Of a stretch of 64,000 nt of DNA, positions 29,303 through 39,400 are shown piece after piece (positions within the stretch are counted from its first letter, which is position 1; each line of letters begins with the position of its first letter). A program made the position numbers and the translations under genes. The stretch covers positions 32,001-96,000 of the forward strand of contig CAVZMH010000002.1 in assembly GCA_963776345.1 (NCBI GenBank), written 5' to 3'. A model generated the notes under the pieces. That model saw only the letters and a program-made list of their open reading frames with translations, did no database searches and was not told where the DNA came from. The DNA comes from an uncultured delta proteobacterium. GTDB lineage: Bacteria > Myxococcota > Myxococcia > Myxococcales > Myxococcaceae.

Positions 29303-29974
29303 ATGAGGATCGGCCTTGCCCGGGCGCCGCTGCTCGCGCTGTGCTTCGCCGCGACGGGGGTGAGCGCCGAGGAGCTGCCCACCCACTTCGAGGCGGCGGC
29401 GCGGGTGGGGATGGGCATTCCCATCGGCAACGCCGTGGGCTCTACCCAGAACACGCCGAACGGAACGAGCCTCGGGGACCTGGTGGCCTGGACGGTGCCG
29501 CTCCAGCTCGACATCGGGGCCCGCATCGGCCCGGCGTTCGTCGGCGGCTACCTGGCCTACGCCTTCGGCAAGACGGGCAGCGCGCTGGACACCGGGACCG
29601 CGCGCTCGGCGAGCGACGTCCGGGTCGGCTTCGAGGTGCTCTGGCATCTCGGGCCCGACCGCAAGGTGGACCCCTGGGTCGGCCTGGGGGTGGGCTACGA
29701 GTGGCTCAACCTCAGCGTCACCGGCAACGGCGGGAAGGTGTACGCCAGCGCCCGCGGCTTCGAGTGGACGAACCTGCAGCTCGGCATCGACTTCGTCCTC
29801 GGCCGGAACTTCCGGCTCGGCCCGTTCGTCATGGCCAACATCGCCGAGTACGACGTCGGGAGCCTGGGCCTGATCAACGGGCAGGGCACCGACGTCGGGG
29901 GCAGCAGCGATCTGCAGAGCAAGGCGGTGCACGCCTGGATCGACATCGGGCTGCGTTTTGCGTTCTTGCTGTGA
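29303..29974 (+). CDS. Outer-membrane beta-barrel protein
   Basis: Signal peptide, amphipathic beta strands, DPWVGLGVGYEW, aromatic-rich C-terminal strand. Confidence 0.75.
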   Translation: MRIGLARAPLLALCFAATGVSAEELPTHFEAAARVGMGIPIGNAVGSTQNTPNGTSLGDLVAWTVPLQLDIGARIGPAFVGGYLAYAFGKTGSALDTGTARSASDVRVGFEVLWHLGPDRKVDPWVGLGVGYEWLNLSVTGNGGKVYASARGFEWTNLQLGIDFVLGRNFRLGPFVMANIAEYDVGSLGLINGQGTDVGGSSDLQSKAVHAWIDIGLRFAFLL

Positions 29975-30126
29975 CAAGCGTTGACGGCTGTGCGCCCGGG
30001 TACGTGGGTCGCGACGCACGCCCTGGACCGCGAAGGTCGTCCACGACCCGGCCGGACCCGAGGCGAAGTGCCTGGATTCCCGCGGTTCCTCCTCTGGCGT
30101 GACAGCTGCAAACAGAGAGCCCAGCG

Positions 30127-30408
30127 ATGGCCAGCTCTGCACAGCGAACGAGGTGTCAGGTCCCCCAGTGCGGACGGCCGGTCCACAGCCGCGGCTACTG
30201 CGCCAGCCACTACCGGCAGCTGCTCCGTGGACGCGTGCCCAGCCGCCCCATCCGTCCCCGAGGGCGCGGCGAGAAGCCGGTGCTCGCGGTGCGGCTCCCG
30301 GCGCCGCTCATCTCGGCCATGGACCGCCAGCTGCGCCGCGCGGGCCTGAGCCGCGCCGAGCTGCTCGAGCAGCTGGTGCACCGCTGGGTGCGGCGGAACG
30401 GACGCTGA
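30127..30408 (+). CDS. Small protein: CxxxxC..CxxH zinc finger plus ribbon-helix-helix-like domain
   Basis: CQVPQCGRPVHSRGYCASHY followed by VLAVRLPAPLISAMDRQLRRAGLSRAELLEQLV. Confidence 0.7.
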   Translation: MASSAQRTRCQVPQCGRPVHSRGYCASHYRQLLRGRVPSRPIRPRGRGEKPVLAVRLPAPLISAMDRQLRRAGLSRAELLEQLVHRWVRRNGR

Positions 30409-30420
30409 GGCGCCGGGCGG

Positions 30421-31080
30421 CTACCGCTTCTTCCTGGCGAGGGTCAGGCCGTCGCCCACCGAGAGGACCACCGCGTCCACCCGCGCGTCGTCGCGCACCT
30501 TGAGGTTCAGGGCGCGGAGGGCCGCGGTGTCCGCGTCGTTCACCGCGGGATCCGCCACCCGGCCGTACCAGAGCACGTTGTCGATGGCGATGAGCCCGCC
30601 GGCCCGCACCAGCGCGAGGCACGCCTCGTAGTACCCGTCGTAGCCGGTCTTGTCGGCGTCGATGAACGCCAGGTCCTGGCTCCCCGGCCCCTCGGCGGCG
30701 AGCAGCGCCGCCAGCGTCTCGCTGGCCGGGGCGAGCCGCAGGTCGATGCGGTCCTCCACCCCGGCCTCGCTCCAGTAGCGCCGGGCGACGGAGGTGTACT
30801 CCTCGCTCACGTCGCAGCAGACGACGCGTCCCCCGGGGGGGAGCGCCATCGCCATCGCCAGCGCGCTGTAGCCGGTGAAGGTGCCCACCTCCACCACCCG
30901 CCGCGCGTCGAGCAGGCGGACCAGGAGCCCGAGGAGGAGGCCCTGGTCCGGGCCGATCTGCATCGAGGCCCGCGGATGGCCTCGCGTCTCCTGCCGCAGC
31001 CGCTCCTGGACGTCGGTGCGCGGCGAGAGCACGTCGAAGAGGTACCGCTCCAGGGGCTCGGGGAGGAAGCTGCGGGCCAT
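30421..31080 (-). CDS. SAM-dependent O-methyltransferase (caffeoyl-CoA OMT family)
   Basis: EVGTFTGYS, FIDADK and IDNVLWYG motifs. Confidence 0.93.
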   Translation of the reverse strand: MARSFLPEPLERYLFDVLSPRTDVQERLRQETRGHPRASMQIGPDQGLLLGLLVRLLDARRVVEVGTFTGYSALAMAMALPPGGRVVCCDVSEEYTSVARRYWSEAGVEDRIDLRLAPASETLAALLAAEGPGSQDLAFIDADKTGYDGYYEACLALVRAGGLIAIDNVLWYGRVADPAVNDADTAALRALNLKVRDDARVDAVVLSVGDGLTLARKKR

Positions 31081-31136
31081 CGCCACCGAACCTTGCGCGA
31101 GGTCGGCGCCCGGGGACAAGCTGCCCCCCGGCCCAG

Positions 31137-32078
31137 GTGACCAAGACGCCCTCCTCCGACGTGGACCTCAACCGGGTGGCGGTCTTCCTCCGGGTGGTGG
31201 AGCTCCGGAGCTTCACCGCCGCGGCCGAGGCGCTGGGCCTGCCCAAGTCCAGCGTCAGCCGGAGCGTGGCGCGGCTCGAGGAGTCGCTCGGGGTGCAGCT
31301 GCTCCAGCGCACCACCCGCAGCGTGCAGCTCACCGAGGCGGGCCGGGTGTACTTCGAGGAGGCCTCGCGGGCGCTGTCCACGCTCGAGCAGGCGCACCAG
31401 ACGCTGTCCCAGCTCGAGGGCCGTCCGCAGGGCGCGGTGCGCATCACCGCCCCGGTGGACCTCGGGGCGCGGGTGCTGGCGCAGCTCGCCGCGCGCTTCA
31501 CCCGCCGCACGCCGGGCATCACCCTGGAGTTCATCCTCACCGGCCGCCTGGTGAACCTGGTGGACGAGGGCGTGGACCTGGCGGTGCGCGCCGGAACGCT
31601 CCGGGACAGCTCGCTCATCTCGCGGCGGGTGAACCGGCTCGAGCCCTGGCTCTTTGCCAGCCCGGGCTACCTGGACGCCCGCGGGACGCCCACCGCGGTG
31701 GAGCAGCTCGCCGAGCACGACTGCGTGCTCTTCCGCCCCAGGCGTGGCCACGTCGAGTGGACGCTGACCGGCCCGGGAGGAACCGCCCGGGTCACCGTGC
31801 GCGGCCCCGTGGCCGGTGACGACTTCACCTTCCTCCGCGAGGCGGTGCTGGCAGGCGCGGGCATCGGGCTATTGCCTGCGCTGCACTGCGAACAGGACCT
31901 GGCCCGGGGCAGGCTGGTGCGTCTCCTCTCGCCCTACACCGGCGTCGCGGCCCCGCTCCACGTGGTCTGGCCGGCGTCGCGGCACGTGCCGAAGCGGGTG
32001 GTGCTGGTCCGCGAGTGGCTGGTGAAGGCGCTCGGGGCCATCGAGCCCGCGGCCGGGTCCGACGATCGCGAGGGGTGA
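31137..32078 (+). CDS. LysR family transcriptional regulator
   Basis: HTH SFTAAAEALGLPKSSVSR, LLQRTTRSVQLTEAG, and a substrate-binding domain. Confidence 0.95.
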   Translation: MTKTPSSDVDLNRVAVFLRVVELRSFTAAAEALGLPKSSVSRSVARLEESLGVQLLQRTTRSVQLTEAGRVYFEEASRALSTLEQAHQTLSQLEGRPQGAVRITAPVDLGARVLAQLAARFTRRTPGITLEFILTGRLVNLVDEGVDLAVRAGTLRDSSLISRRVNRLEPWLFASPGYLDARGTPTAVEQLAEHDCVLFRPRRGHVEWTLTGPGGTARVTVRGPVAGDDFTFLREAVLAGAGIGLLPALHCEQDLARGRLVRLLSPYTGVAAPLHVVWPASRHVPKRVVLVREWLVKALGAIEPAAGSDDREG

Positions 32079-32183
32079 GAGCGGTGGCGCCGGGGTGCGT
32101 GCCTCGCGCCCTGGGGCAATCCTGTCCCGTGACGCCCGTTCACTCTTGTCGCAGAAATCCGTCCGGAGCCTAAGCTCGATGCC

Positions 32184-32588
32184 GTGCAGCAGACGGACGA
32201 GCCCCGGACGCTCCTGGTGGTCGACGCGAGCTTCGACCTGGGGAACGCGCTCGCCGTCGCCGCGCTGGAGTACGGCTGGGAGCCCTTCCTCGCCGGCAAC
32301 GCCGAGGCCGCGCTGAGCATCCTCCCCGGCCTCCTCGGCGAGGTGCTGGTCCTGGTGGATCTCGGCTCGGCGGTGAGCCACGGTCTGTGGCTGGTGCTGA
32401 CGCTCCGTCGGAATCCGCCGCCGCCCTCGGTCCGGGTGGTGGTGATGACCTCCGGGCAGCCCATCCCCGAGGCGGTGCGGCGCTCGCCGTTCGTGGTCGG
32501 CGCCATCCGGCGCCCGCGTCACCCCGAGGAGGCCGGAGCGCTCGCCCGGGCGCTCCTCGGCCCTGCCGACGTGACGCGAACCGTCTGA
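32184..32588 (+). CDS. Atypical CheY-like receiver-fold protein
   Basis: LLVVD.., VLVDLG, VVVMTS and RRP pattern; the canonical acidic pair and Lys are altered. Confidence 0.5.
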   Translation: MQQTDEPRTLLVVDASFDLGNALAVAALEYGWEPFLAGNAEAALSILPGLLGEVLVLVDLGSAVSHGLWLVLTLRRNPPPPSVRVVVMTSGQPIPEAVRRSPFVVGAIRRPRHPEEAGALARALLGPADVTRTV

Positions 32589-32615
32589 GGGATCGCCGCG
32601 CCGGAGCCCGCCCGG

Positions 32616-33629
32616 TCAGTTGTCCAGCGCGCCCCGGAGGATCCAGGACTGCACACGCACCAGCTCGCCGGAGGAGAGCGGATTGCCCCCCTCGGGCATC
32701 CGGGTGCCGCAGCTGCTCCCGAGCAGCTTGTCCATCAGCCCCGAGCTGCCGGGGTCCCCCGCCACCACCCGCGTCGCATCGCTACAAGACTTGACCATGG
32801 CCTGGCCGACCAGCGCCGACCGGCTGGCCCCGGCGGTGAGGTCGAGCTGCCCGGACAGGGTCGTGGCGTCGTGACAGGGCAGGCACTGCGAGGTCCAGAT
32901 GGGCTGGATGTCGTTGGCGTAGGACGGCGTCGTCACGGTCACCGTGGCCTGCTGCTGCTGGATGGGGTTGAACCCGTCCCAGACCGTCACCTGGAACGAG
33001 AAGCCGAGCGAGTCCACGCCGAGCGGCGGGGAGACCCAGGTGGTCGTCGCCTTGGCCGGGCTGCCGAACGTGCCCTGCTGCGCAGGCGCGGTCTGCGTCC
33101 AGGCGATGGTGAGCGGGTCTCCATCGGGGTCGCTGGCGGTGATGGAGAGCGTGACCACGTCGCCGGTGACCGGCATCGCGGGCGACACGGTGATGGACGA
33201 GACGGTGGGGGGACGGTTCACCGTGGCGTGGTTCACGGTGACCTGGCAGGACTCGGTCGTCGAGCCTCCCTGCCCATCGGTGATCGCCACCTGGAAGGTG
33301 AACACCGTGTCGGCGGTCACCGCCGGAGCCGTCCAGACCGGGTTGCGCACGGTCCGCGAGCTGAAGGTCCCCTGGGGCGTGGCCGGCGCGGTCTGCGTCC
33401 AGGCGTAGCCCAGCGAGTCTCCGTCGGGGTCGGTCGCGGTGACCGAGAGCAGCGTCGCTCCACCCTCGGCGATCGGCGTGACGGTGGCGCTGGGGGCCAC
33501 CGTCACCACCGGCGCGTGGTTGGTGCTCGGCGGAGGGCCTCCGGTGCCGCCGCCCGGCGCGGTGATGGTTCCGCTCCCGCAGGCCAGGGCGAGGAGGGCA
33601 AGGGGCGCTGCGAGTCGACGCACGTCCAC
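32616..33629 (-). CDS. Lipoprotein with two Ig/PKD-like repeats and a C-terminal monoheme cytochrome c-like domain
   Basis: Lipobox ALAC; two repeats N.(A/P)P.V...DPDGD.L..AWTQTAPA..GTF; CLPCH with a distal Met in RMP. Confidence 0.75.
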   Translation of the reverse strand: MDVRRLAAPLALLALACGSGTITAPGGGTGGPPPSTNHAPVVTVAPSATVTPIAEGGATLLSVTATDPDGDSLGYAWTQTAPATPQGTFSSRTVRNPVWTAPAVTADTVFTFQVAITDGQGGSTTESCQVTVNHATVNRPPTVSSITVSPAMPVTGDVVTLSITASDPDGDPLTIAWTQTAPAQQGTFGSPAKATTTWVSPPLGVDSLGFSFQVTVWDGFNPIQQQQATVTVTTPSYANDIQPIWTSQCLPCHDATTLSGQLDLTAGASRSALVGQAMVKSCSDATRVVAGDPGSSGLMDKLLGSSCGTRMPEGGNPLSSGELVRVQSWILRGALDN

Positions 33630-33719
33630 GTCGCGGGCATGGTGTCACCGAGCGCGCGGGGGGTGGAACGTGCGCTCCCGTCCCACCGCCGAGGGGGCAG
33701 GGGTGCTACCTTGCCCGAC

Positions 33720-34013
33720 GTGACGACCCAGACCCCCCAGCGCATCGCCGGACTGACCGAGCCCACGGTGCGGCCGCTGGAGCGCCTGGCCATCCGACTC
33801 CGCGAGAGCACGGTGACGCTCTCGGCGTGGCGCATGGCCGCCTCCGGCACCGAGGGCGCCGGCACGCTGGTCCGGGTGGAGACGCCGGGCGGCACGCTGT
33901 TCCGCGGGGACGGCTGGTTCCTCGGCTGGACGCAGGAGGCGATGTCCACCGCCTGGGCCGCGCTGCTCCCTCCGCCTCCGTCCAGCGAGCTGGAGCTGGC
34001 CCAGCTCGGCTGA
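33720..34013 (+). CDS. Hypothetical protein
   Basis: 97 aa from GTG, contains LFRGDGWFLGW, typical codon usage. Confidence 0.6.
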   Translation: MTTQTPQRIAGLTEPTVRPLERLAIRLRESTVTLSAWRMAASGTEGAGTLVRVETPGGTLFRGDGWFLGWTQEAMSTAWAALLPPPPSSELELAQLG

Positions 34014-34030
34014 GCCTGGGTTCGGGGCGC

Positions 34031-34843
34031 CTAGAGCCCGGCGATCCCCGGCTCGAGGCGCACGTAGCCGCGCTCGATGGCCCAGAGGTCGAGCGACAGC
34101 GAGCGGAGCTCGTCCACCTCCGGCACCGCCCGCGCGTCCAGGCTCAGGTCCACCGACTTCACGTAGCGGTGGCAGGTCTCGCAGGCCTCCACCCGCGCCG
34201 CCGGGTGCGTCTCGCTCTGCCATCCCGGGAGCCGCTCGGGGTCCGTCTCTCCGCAGCTCGGGCAGCGGATGCGGTTGGTCTGCCACTCGGTCCCGCACAG
34301 GCCGCAGCCGAGGAAGCGCGTGGCGCCGTCGGACCCGGGCATCTCGCGGCGGAAGGCGATGCTCGGCGGAGCGCCGCACGCCGGGCACCTCCCGCTGCCC
34401 GGCTCGCGGGGGCGATCCAGCTCGACGCCGGCGTGCACCGCCGCCTCGGCGTAGGCCCGGAGCACGGCGTGCGAGAGGAAGTCCTGCCGCTCCTCGGGAC
34501 CTCCGCCCCAGGCGGCGCGCAGGCGCGCGGCGAAGAGGTCCGCCGGCTCGGCGACACGGGCTCCCGCCGAGTCCCGGAGCGCCACCGGCCCCGAGTTGGC
34601 GAGGAAGCGGAGCACCGAACGCAGCGGCGCCTCGACCCGCGGGAGGTCCCGGTCGAGCGTGCCGCTCAGCGGCGCCCGGCCGTGGGCCTCGAGCACTCCG
34701 GCGGCGGCGCGCGCTTGCGCCCGGAACAGCCCGGCGGCGAAGCGCAGCGGCTCCCGGCCGGACGAGGGGGACTCCGCCAGCGCCTCCGCGCGCGCGGCCC
34801 GTCCCTCGAAGCGTGCGCCGAGCTGCTCAGCGCTTGGTGCCAC
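34031..34843 (-). CDS. fdhE: Formate dehydrogenase accessory protein FdhE
   Basis: CPACG, CGLC.TEW, RIRCPSCG and CETCHRYVK motifs; last gene of the fdn operon. Confidence 0.93.
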   Translation of the reverse strand: MAPSAEQLGARFEGRAARAEALAESPSSGREPLRFAAGLFRAQARAAAGVLEAHGRAPLSGTLDRDLPRVEAPLRSVLRFLANSGPVALRDSAGARVAEPADLFAARLRAAWGGGPEERQDFLSHAVLRAYAEAAVHAGVELDRPREPGSGRCPACGAPPSIAFRREMPGSDGATRFLGCGLCGTEWQTNRIRCPSCGETDPERLPGWQSETHPAARVEACETCHRYVKSVDLSLDARAVPEVDELRSLSLDLWAIERGYVRLEPGIAGL

Positions 34844-35528
34844 TCGTCACGTCGCGGTACCAGGCGGGGTGGTGCAGGCGCGCCCAGGCCTTGGTCACCG
34901 TCCCCTTCACCATGGCGGAGTACGTCCCCGGCTCGGCGATGGCCAGGTAGATGTGGCCGAAGATCATCAGCATGAAGAGGATGAACGTCACGTCGTGGAC
35001 CACCCACGAGGTCTCGCGGAGTGCCGCGGACGGGAACAAGTCCGGCCACCAGAGGATGACACCGGTGGCGAGCAGCCCGAGCGAGGCCAGGCTGCTCAGC
35101 CAGAAGAGCATCTTCTGGCCGCCGTTGAACTTTCCGACCTCCTCGTCGTGCGTCTCCCAGCGCAGGTAGGCCCCGAAGCTCGAGGTGAAGCGCTTGTCGG
35201 CCGCGGTCATCTTCATCGCCCCTGCCCAGTGCACGAACTGGAGCAGCGCGAAGACCGCGAAGGCGACTCCGCTCCACGGGTGGAGCCAGCGGCAGACTTG
35301 CAGCCCGCCGAACAGCGGGGCCAGCCAGCCGAAGATGGGCGTCCAGATGGGGAGCCCGGTGAAGAGGCAGAGGAAGAAGAACAGCGCCACCCCCCAGTGC
35401 ACCACCCGGGTGTAGTAGCGGAAGCGGACCAGCTCGTCGCCGACGACCAGGTCCTCCTGCGCCTGGGCGAGGAGGATGCCCGGATCGGCGCTGGAGTGGG
35501 CGGGGACGGCGCGCAGCGGCTCGGCCAT
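34827..35528 (-). CDS. fdnI: Formate dehydrogenase gamma subunit (cytochrome b556)
   Basis: RVVHW, WLHPWSG, GKFNGGQK, His ligands and WARLHHPAW. Confidence 0.93.
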   Translation of the reverse strand: MAEPLRAVPAHSSADPGILLAQAQEDLVVGDELVRFRYYTRVVHWGVALFFFLCLFTGLPIWTPIFGWLAPLFGGLQVCRWLHPWSGVAFAVFALLQFVHWAGAMKMTAADKRFTSSFGAYLRWETHDEEVGKFNGGQKMLFWLSSLASLGLLATGVILWWPDLFPSAALRETSWVVHDVTFILFMLMIFGHIYLAIAEPGTYSAMVKGTVTKAWARLHHPAWYRDVTSGTKR

Positions 35529-35546
35529 GACGTGTCTCCTCGCTCT

Positions 35547-36428
35547 TCAGGCCGCGGGTGGAGTGGAGGACGGCGGGCCCTTGGGTGGCTCCCGGGGTCC
35601 GAAGCGGAGGTAGTGACCGACCAGGCCCACGATCACTGCGCCCATTCCCAGCAGCCCCAGTGGCCTCAGGTAGCTCTTCACGAACCGGACGGAGCCGGGC
35701 ACGGTCGGGTCGCGCGGCAGCCCGTAGAGCTCGGGCTTGTCGGCGTGCTTGAGAACGGTGACCACACCCGTTCCGCCCACGCCGGGTGGATCGTACACCC
35801 CGGCGTTGGCGTAGCCGTCGGCCTTGAGCTGCTTCACCCGCTCGTTTCCGAGCGCGAGCATGTCCTCCTTGGTGCCGAAGTGGAGGCACCCGGTGGGACA
35901 CGCCTTGATGCACGCCGGCTCGAGGCCCACCTGGGTCCGGTCCACGCAGAGCGTGCACTTGGACATCTTCCCGGTCTTCTCCGAGAAGCGCGGCACGTCG
36001 AACGGGCAACCGGTGCGGCACAGCTGGCACCCGATGCACAGGTCCGGATTCACGTCCACCGTGCCGTTGGAGTACTGGACGATGGCGCCGGGCGCGGGGC
36101 ACGCCTTGAGGCAGCCCGGATCGAGGCAGTGCATGCACTGATCCTTGCGCATCAGCCAGGCGAAGCTGCCGTCCACCTCCGCCTCGTGGAACTTGATGAG
36201 GTTCCAGAAGTCGGCGGTCATCGTGGGCAGCGTCTGGTAGCTGCCGTCCTGCACCGTCTTCGCGTTCGGCAGGTCGTTCCACTCCTGGCAGGCGACCTCG
36301 CAGGCCTTGCAGCCGATGCAGGTCGAGGTGTCGATCAGCTTGCTGACGACCGGCACCTTGCGCACGCCGGAGCCGGTGCCCCGGAGCGACGCGGAAGACA
36401 TCATCACCTCGAGACCAGGGATCGCCAT
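35547..36428 (-). CDS. fdnH: Formate dehydrogenase beta (iron-sulfur) subunit
   Basis: Four 4Fe-4S motifs (CIGCKAC, CMHC..PGC, CIGCQLC, KCTLC) and a C-terminal TM anchor. Confidence 0.95.
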   Translation of the reverse strand: MAIPGLEVMMSSASLRGTGSGVRKVPVVSKLIDTSTCIGCKACEVACQEWNDLPNAKTVQDGSYQTLPTMTADFWNLIKFHEAEVDGSFAWLMRKDQCMHCLDPGCLKACPAPGAIVQYSNGTVDVNPDLCIGCQLCRTGCPFDVPRFSEKTGKMSKCTLCVDRTQVGLEPACIKACPTGCLHFGTKEDMLALGNERVKQLKADGYANAGVYDPPGVGGTGVVTVLKHADKPELYGLPRDPTVPGSVRFVKSYLRPLGLLGMGAVIVGLVGHYLRFGPREPPKGPPSSTPPAA

Positions 36429-36430
36429 GG

Positions 36431-39400
36431 TCAGGCCCTCCCCACCTTCTCGAGCTTCACCTGGAACGCCTTGAACTCCGGTGTCCAGGTGTTCGGATCG
36501 ATGGCCGACGAGGTCAGGATGTTGGCCAGCGGCCCGGCGTGCTTGGCGTCACCGCTGTAGCCCCAGTGGATCGGGAAGCCGATCTGCCAGACCCGCTTGC
36601 CATCGAGCATGAAGGACGGCATGCGCTTGGTCACCATCGCCGGCCCCTCGATCGACCCGCGCGCCGACGAGATGCGCACCGTCTCCCCGTTCTGGATGCC
36701 CTTCTCCTTGGCCAGGTCCTCGGGGATCTCGAAGAAGATGCCGGGCTGCACCTCGTTGAGCCGTCCCCCCACCTGGTTCTTGGTCCAGTAGTGGAAGTGC
36801 TCGGTCAGCCGATAGGTGGTGCAGACGATGGGGAACTCGTCCGCCTTGCCCCACTTGTCCTTGTCGCTGTTGAAGCGCTTGAGGACGGGGCTCGCGGAGA
36901 CCTTGGGGTGGAGCACGTTGTCCACCGGCGCCTCCACCGGCTCGTAGTGCTCGGGGAACGGACCGTCGTTCAGCACCGGCGAGAAGAGCCGGCCCACGCC
37001 CTCGGGGAGCATGATGAAGGCGCCGAACGTCCCGGGCGGCGCGTCCGGCTTCATGTCCGGGACGTCACCCACCCACTTCTCGCCGTTCCACTGGATGCCC
37101 ACGCGCTTGGGATCCCAGGGCTTGCCCGCCGCGTCGGCGGAGGCGCGGTTGTACATGACGCGCCGGTTGGCCGGCCAGCTGAAGGCCCACTGGTGGAACT
37201 GTCCAAGCCCCATCGGATCGGTGGTGAGCCGGCGCGCGGAGTTGTTCCCGCCCTCGGTGAACACCCCGGTGTAGAGCCAGTTCCCGCAGGAGGTGCTGCC
37301 GTCGTCCTTGAGCTGGCCGAAGCTGTCCAGCTGCAGCCCGGCGGCCTTGAGGACCTTCGGCGGGTCCTTGGACTTCGGGTCCTTGGGCGGCTCGACCAGA
37401 TCGGTGATCGCCTTGCCGTTGATCTCCTTCAGCACCTCGGCGAGGTCGGGATTGGCCGGGTTGGTGTACGGCCAGGAGATGTTGAGCACCGCCTCGGGCA
37501 GCGCGCCCGGCTCCTTGCGGTACAGGTCCTTCAGCGCCAGCAGGAGGCGGCTGATGATCTCCTGATCGCTCTTCGACTGGCCGGGGCCGTCCACCGCCTT
37601 CCACTTCCACTGCACCCAGCGCGCGGAGTTGGTGAAGGTGCCGTCCTTCTCCGCGAAGTTGGTGGCGGGAAGCAGGTAGACCTCGGTGGGGATCTTCGAG
37701 GCGTCCGCGCCCCCGAGCTCCTTCGGCGCCTTCCAGAACGCCGCGGTCTCGTTCTCCTGGTTCTCCACCATCACCAGCCACTTCAGCTTGGAGAGGGCGG
37801 CGACCATCTTCAGCGAATTGGGACCTGTCCCGACCGGGTTCATGCCAAAGGAGATGAGGCCCTCGGGGGCCGGCTCCTCGCCCCCGGCGCGCTTCGAGTT
37901 CCCCCGGTACATGTCGTCGAACATGTAGCCCCAGGAGTAGTTGCCGTCGACCTTGGGCAGCCAGGCGTAGCCGAACTCGTTCTCCTTGGTGGCCGTCTTG
38001 CCCCAGACCGTCTTGAGCAGCGAGACCATGAACTTGGGGTAGTTGGTCCAGTAGTTCATCGACGCCCAGGCCATCTTGTTCAGCGTCCAGGGCGTGCTCT
38101 TCTCGAGGTAGGTGGCGAGGTCCGGCAGGTTGGAGCTGGGCGTCTTGAGGTAGCCGGGCAGGATGTCGAACGTCCCGCCCATGTCGGTGGCGCCCTGGAT
38201 GTTGGAGTGCCCGCGCAGCGCGTTGACCCCGCCGCCCGGCCGGCCCACGTTGCCCAGCAGCAGCTGGAGCATCGCGGCGGTGCGGATGATCTGCACCCCG
38301 ATCGAGTGCTGGGTCCACCCCAGCGCGTAGAGGATGGTGCCGACCTTCTCCGCGTTCCCGGTGGAGGTGACCATCTCCGCCACCTTGAGGAACTGCGCCT
38401 TCGGCGTCCCGCAGATCCGCTCCACCATCTCGGGCGTGTAGCGGTCGACGTGCTTCTTCAACAACTGGAAGACGCAGCGGGGGTTCTCCAGCGTCGGGTC
38501 CACTCCGTAGGCGCTGGTCTTCTCGTCCGCCTGGTAGCCCCACGCCGTCTTGTCGTACTCGGCCTTCTTTTCGTCGAAGCCGCTGAACAGGCCGTCCTGG
38601 AAGCCGTACTTCTCACCGACGATGAACTGGGCGTTGGTGTGCAGCTTGACGTAGTCGGCGTGGTAGCGCTTCGTCTCCAGGGCGTAGCGGATGATGCCGT
38701 TGAGGAAGGCGATGTCCGTGCCGGCGCGGAGGGGCGCGTAGAGGTCCGCCACCGCCGCCGTTCGCTGGAAGCGCGGATCCACCGACACGATCTTCGCCCC
38801 GCGCGTCTTCTTCGCCTCGATGGCCCACTTGAACCCGCACGGATGGTTCTCGGCAGGGTTACCGCCCATCACGAACACGACGTCCGCGTTCTTGATGTCC
38901 ACCCAGCCATTGGTCATCGCACCGCGACCGAACGTGGCGGCCAAACTGGCCACCGTTGGACCGTGTCATACTCGTGCTTGTGTATCTCGGTAGACGATGC
39001 CGAGGCCGGCGCCGAACTTGTACTGCAGCATGTTGAATTCGTTGGTGTCGGTGCAGCCGCCGATGAGCCCGATGCCCGGAGTGCGGTTCACCACCGCGCC
39101 CGCGGCGTTCTTGGCGACGAAGGTCCGGTCGCGCGTCTCCTTGATGTGCTTGGCGATGCCGGCGATCGCCGCGTCCCAGGTGATCTCCTCCCACCGGTCC
39201 GAGCCGGCCCGCCGCACCTTGGGGACGCCCAGCCGCCCGGGATGATGGATGTCGTTCTTGAGGCTGATGCCCTTGGGGCACAGCGTGCCGCGGTTGATCG
39301 GGTGGTCGGGGTCGCCCTCGATGTGCACCACCGAGCCGTGGACGTTCTTCGCCTTGTCCCCCAGCGTGTGGATGATCACCCCGCACGAGACCGAGCAGTA

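Noticed and set aside
29981..30010. TTGACG promoter upstream of the zinc-finger gene
   Set aside because: No acceptable -10 element at 16-18 nt spacing.
32616..34013. Additional Sec read-through at other TGA stops (e.g. 32616, 34013)
   Set aside because: The proteins appear complete at those stops, with no Cys-motif context and no continued domain downstream.
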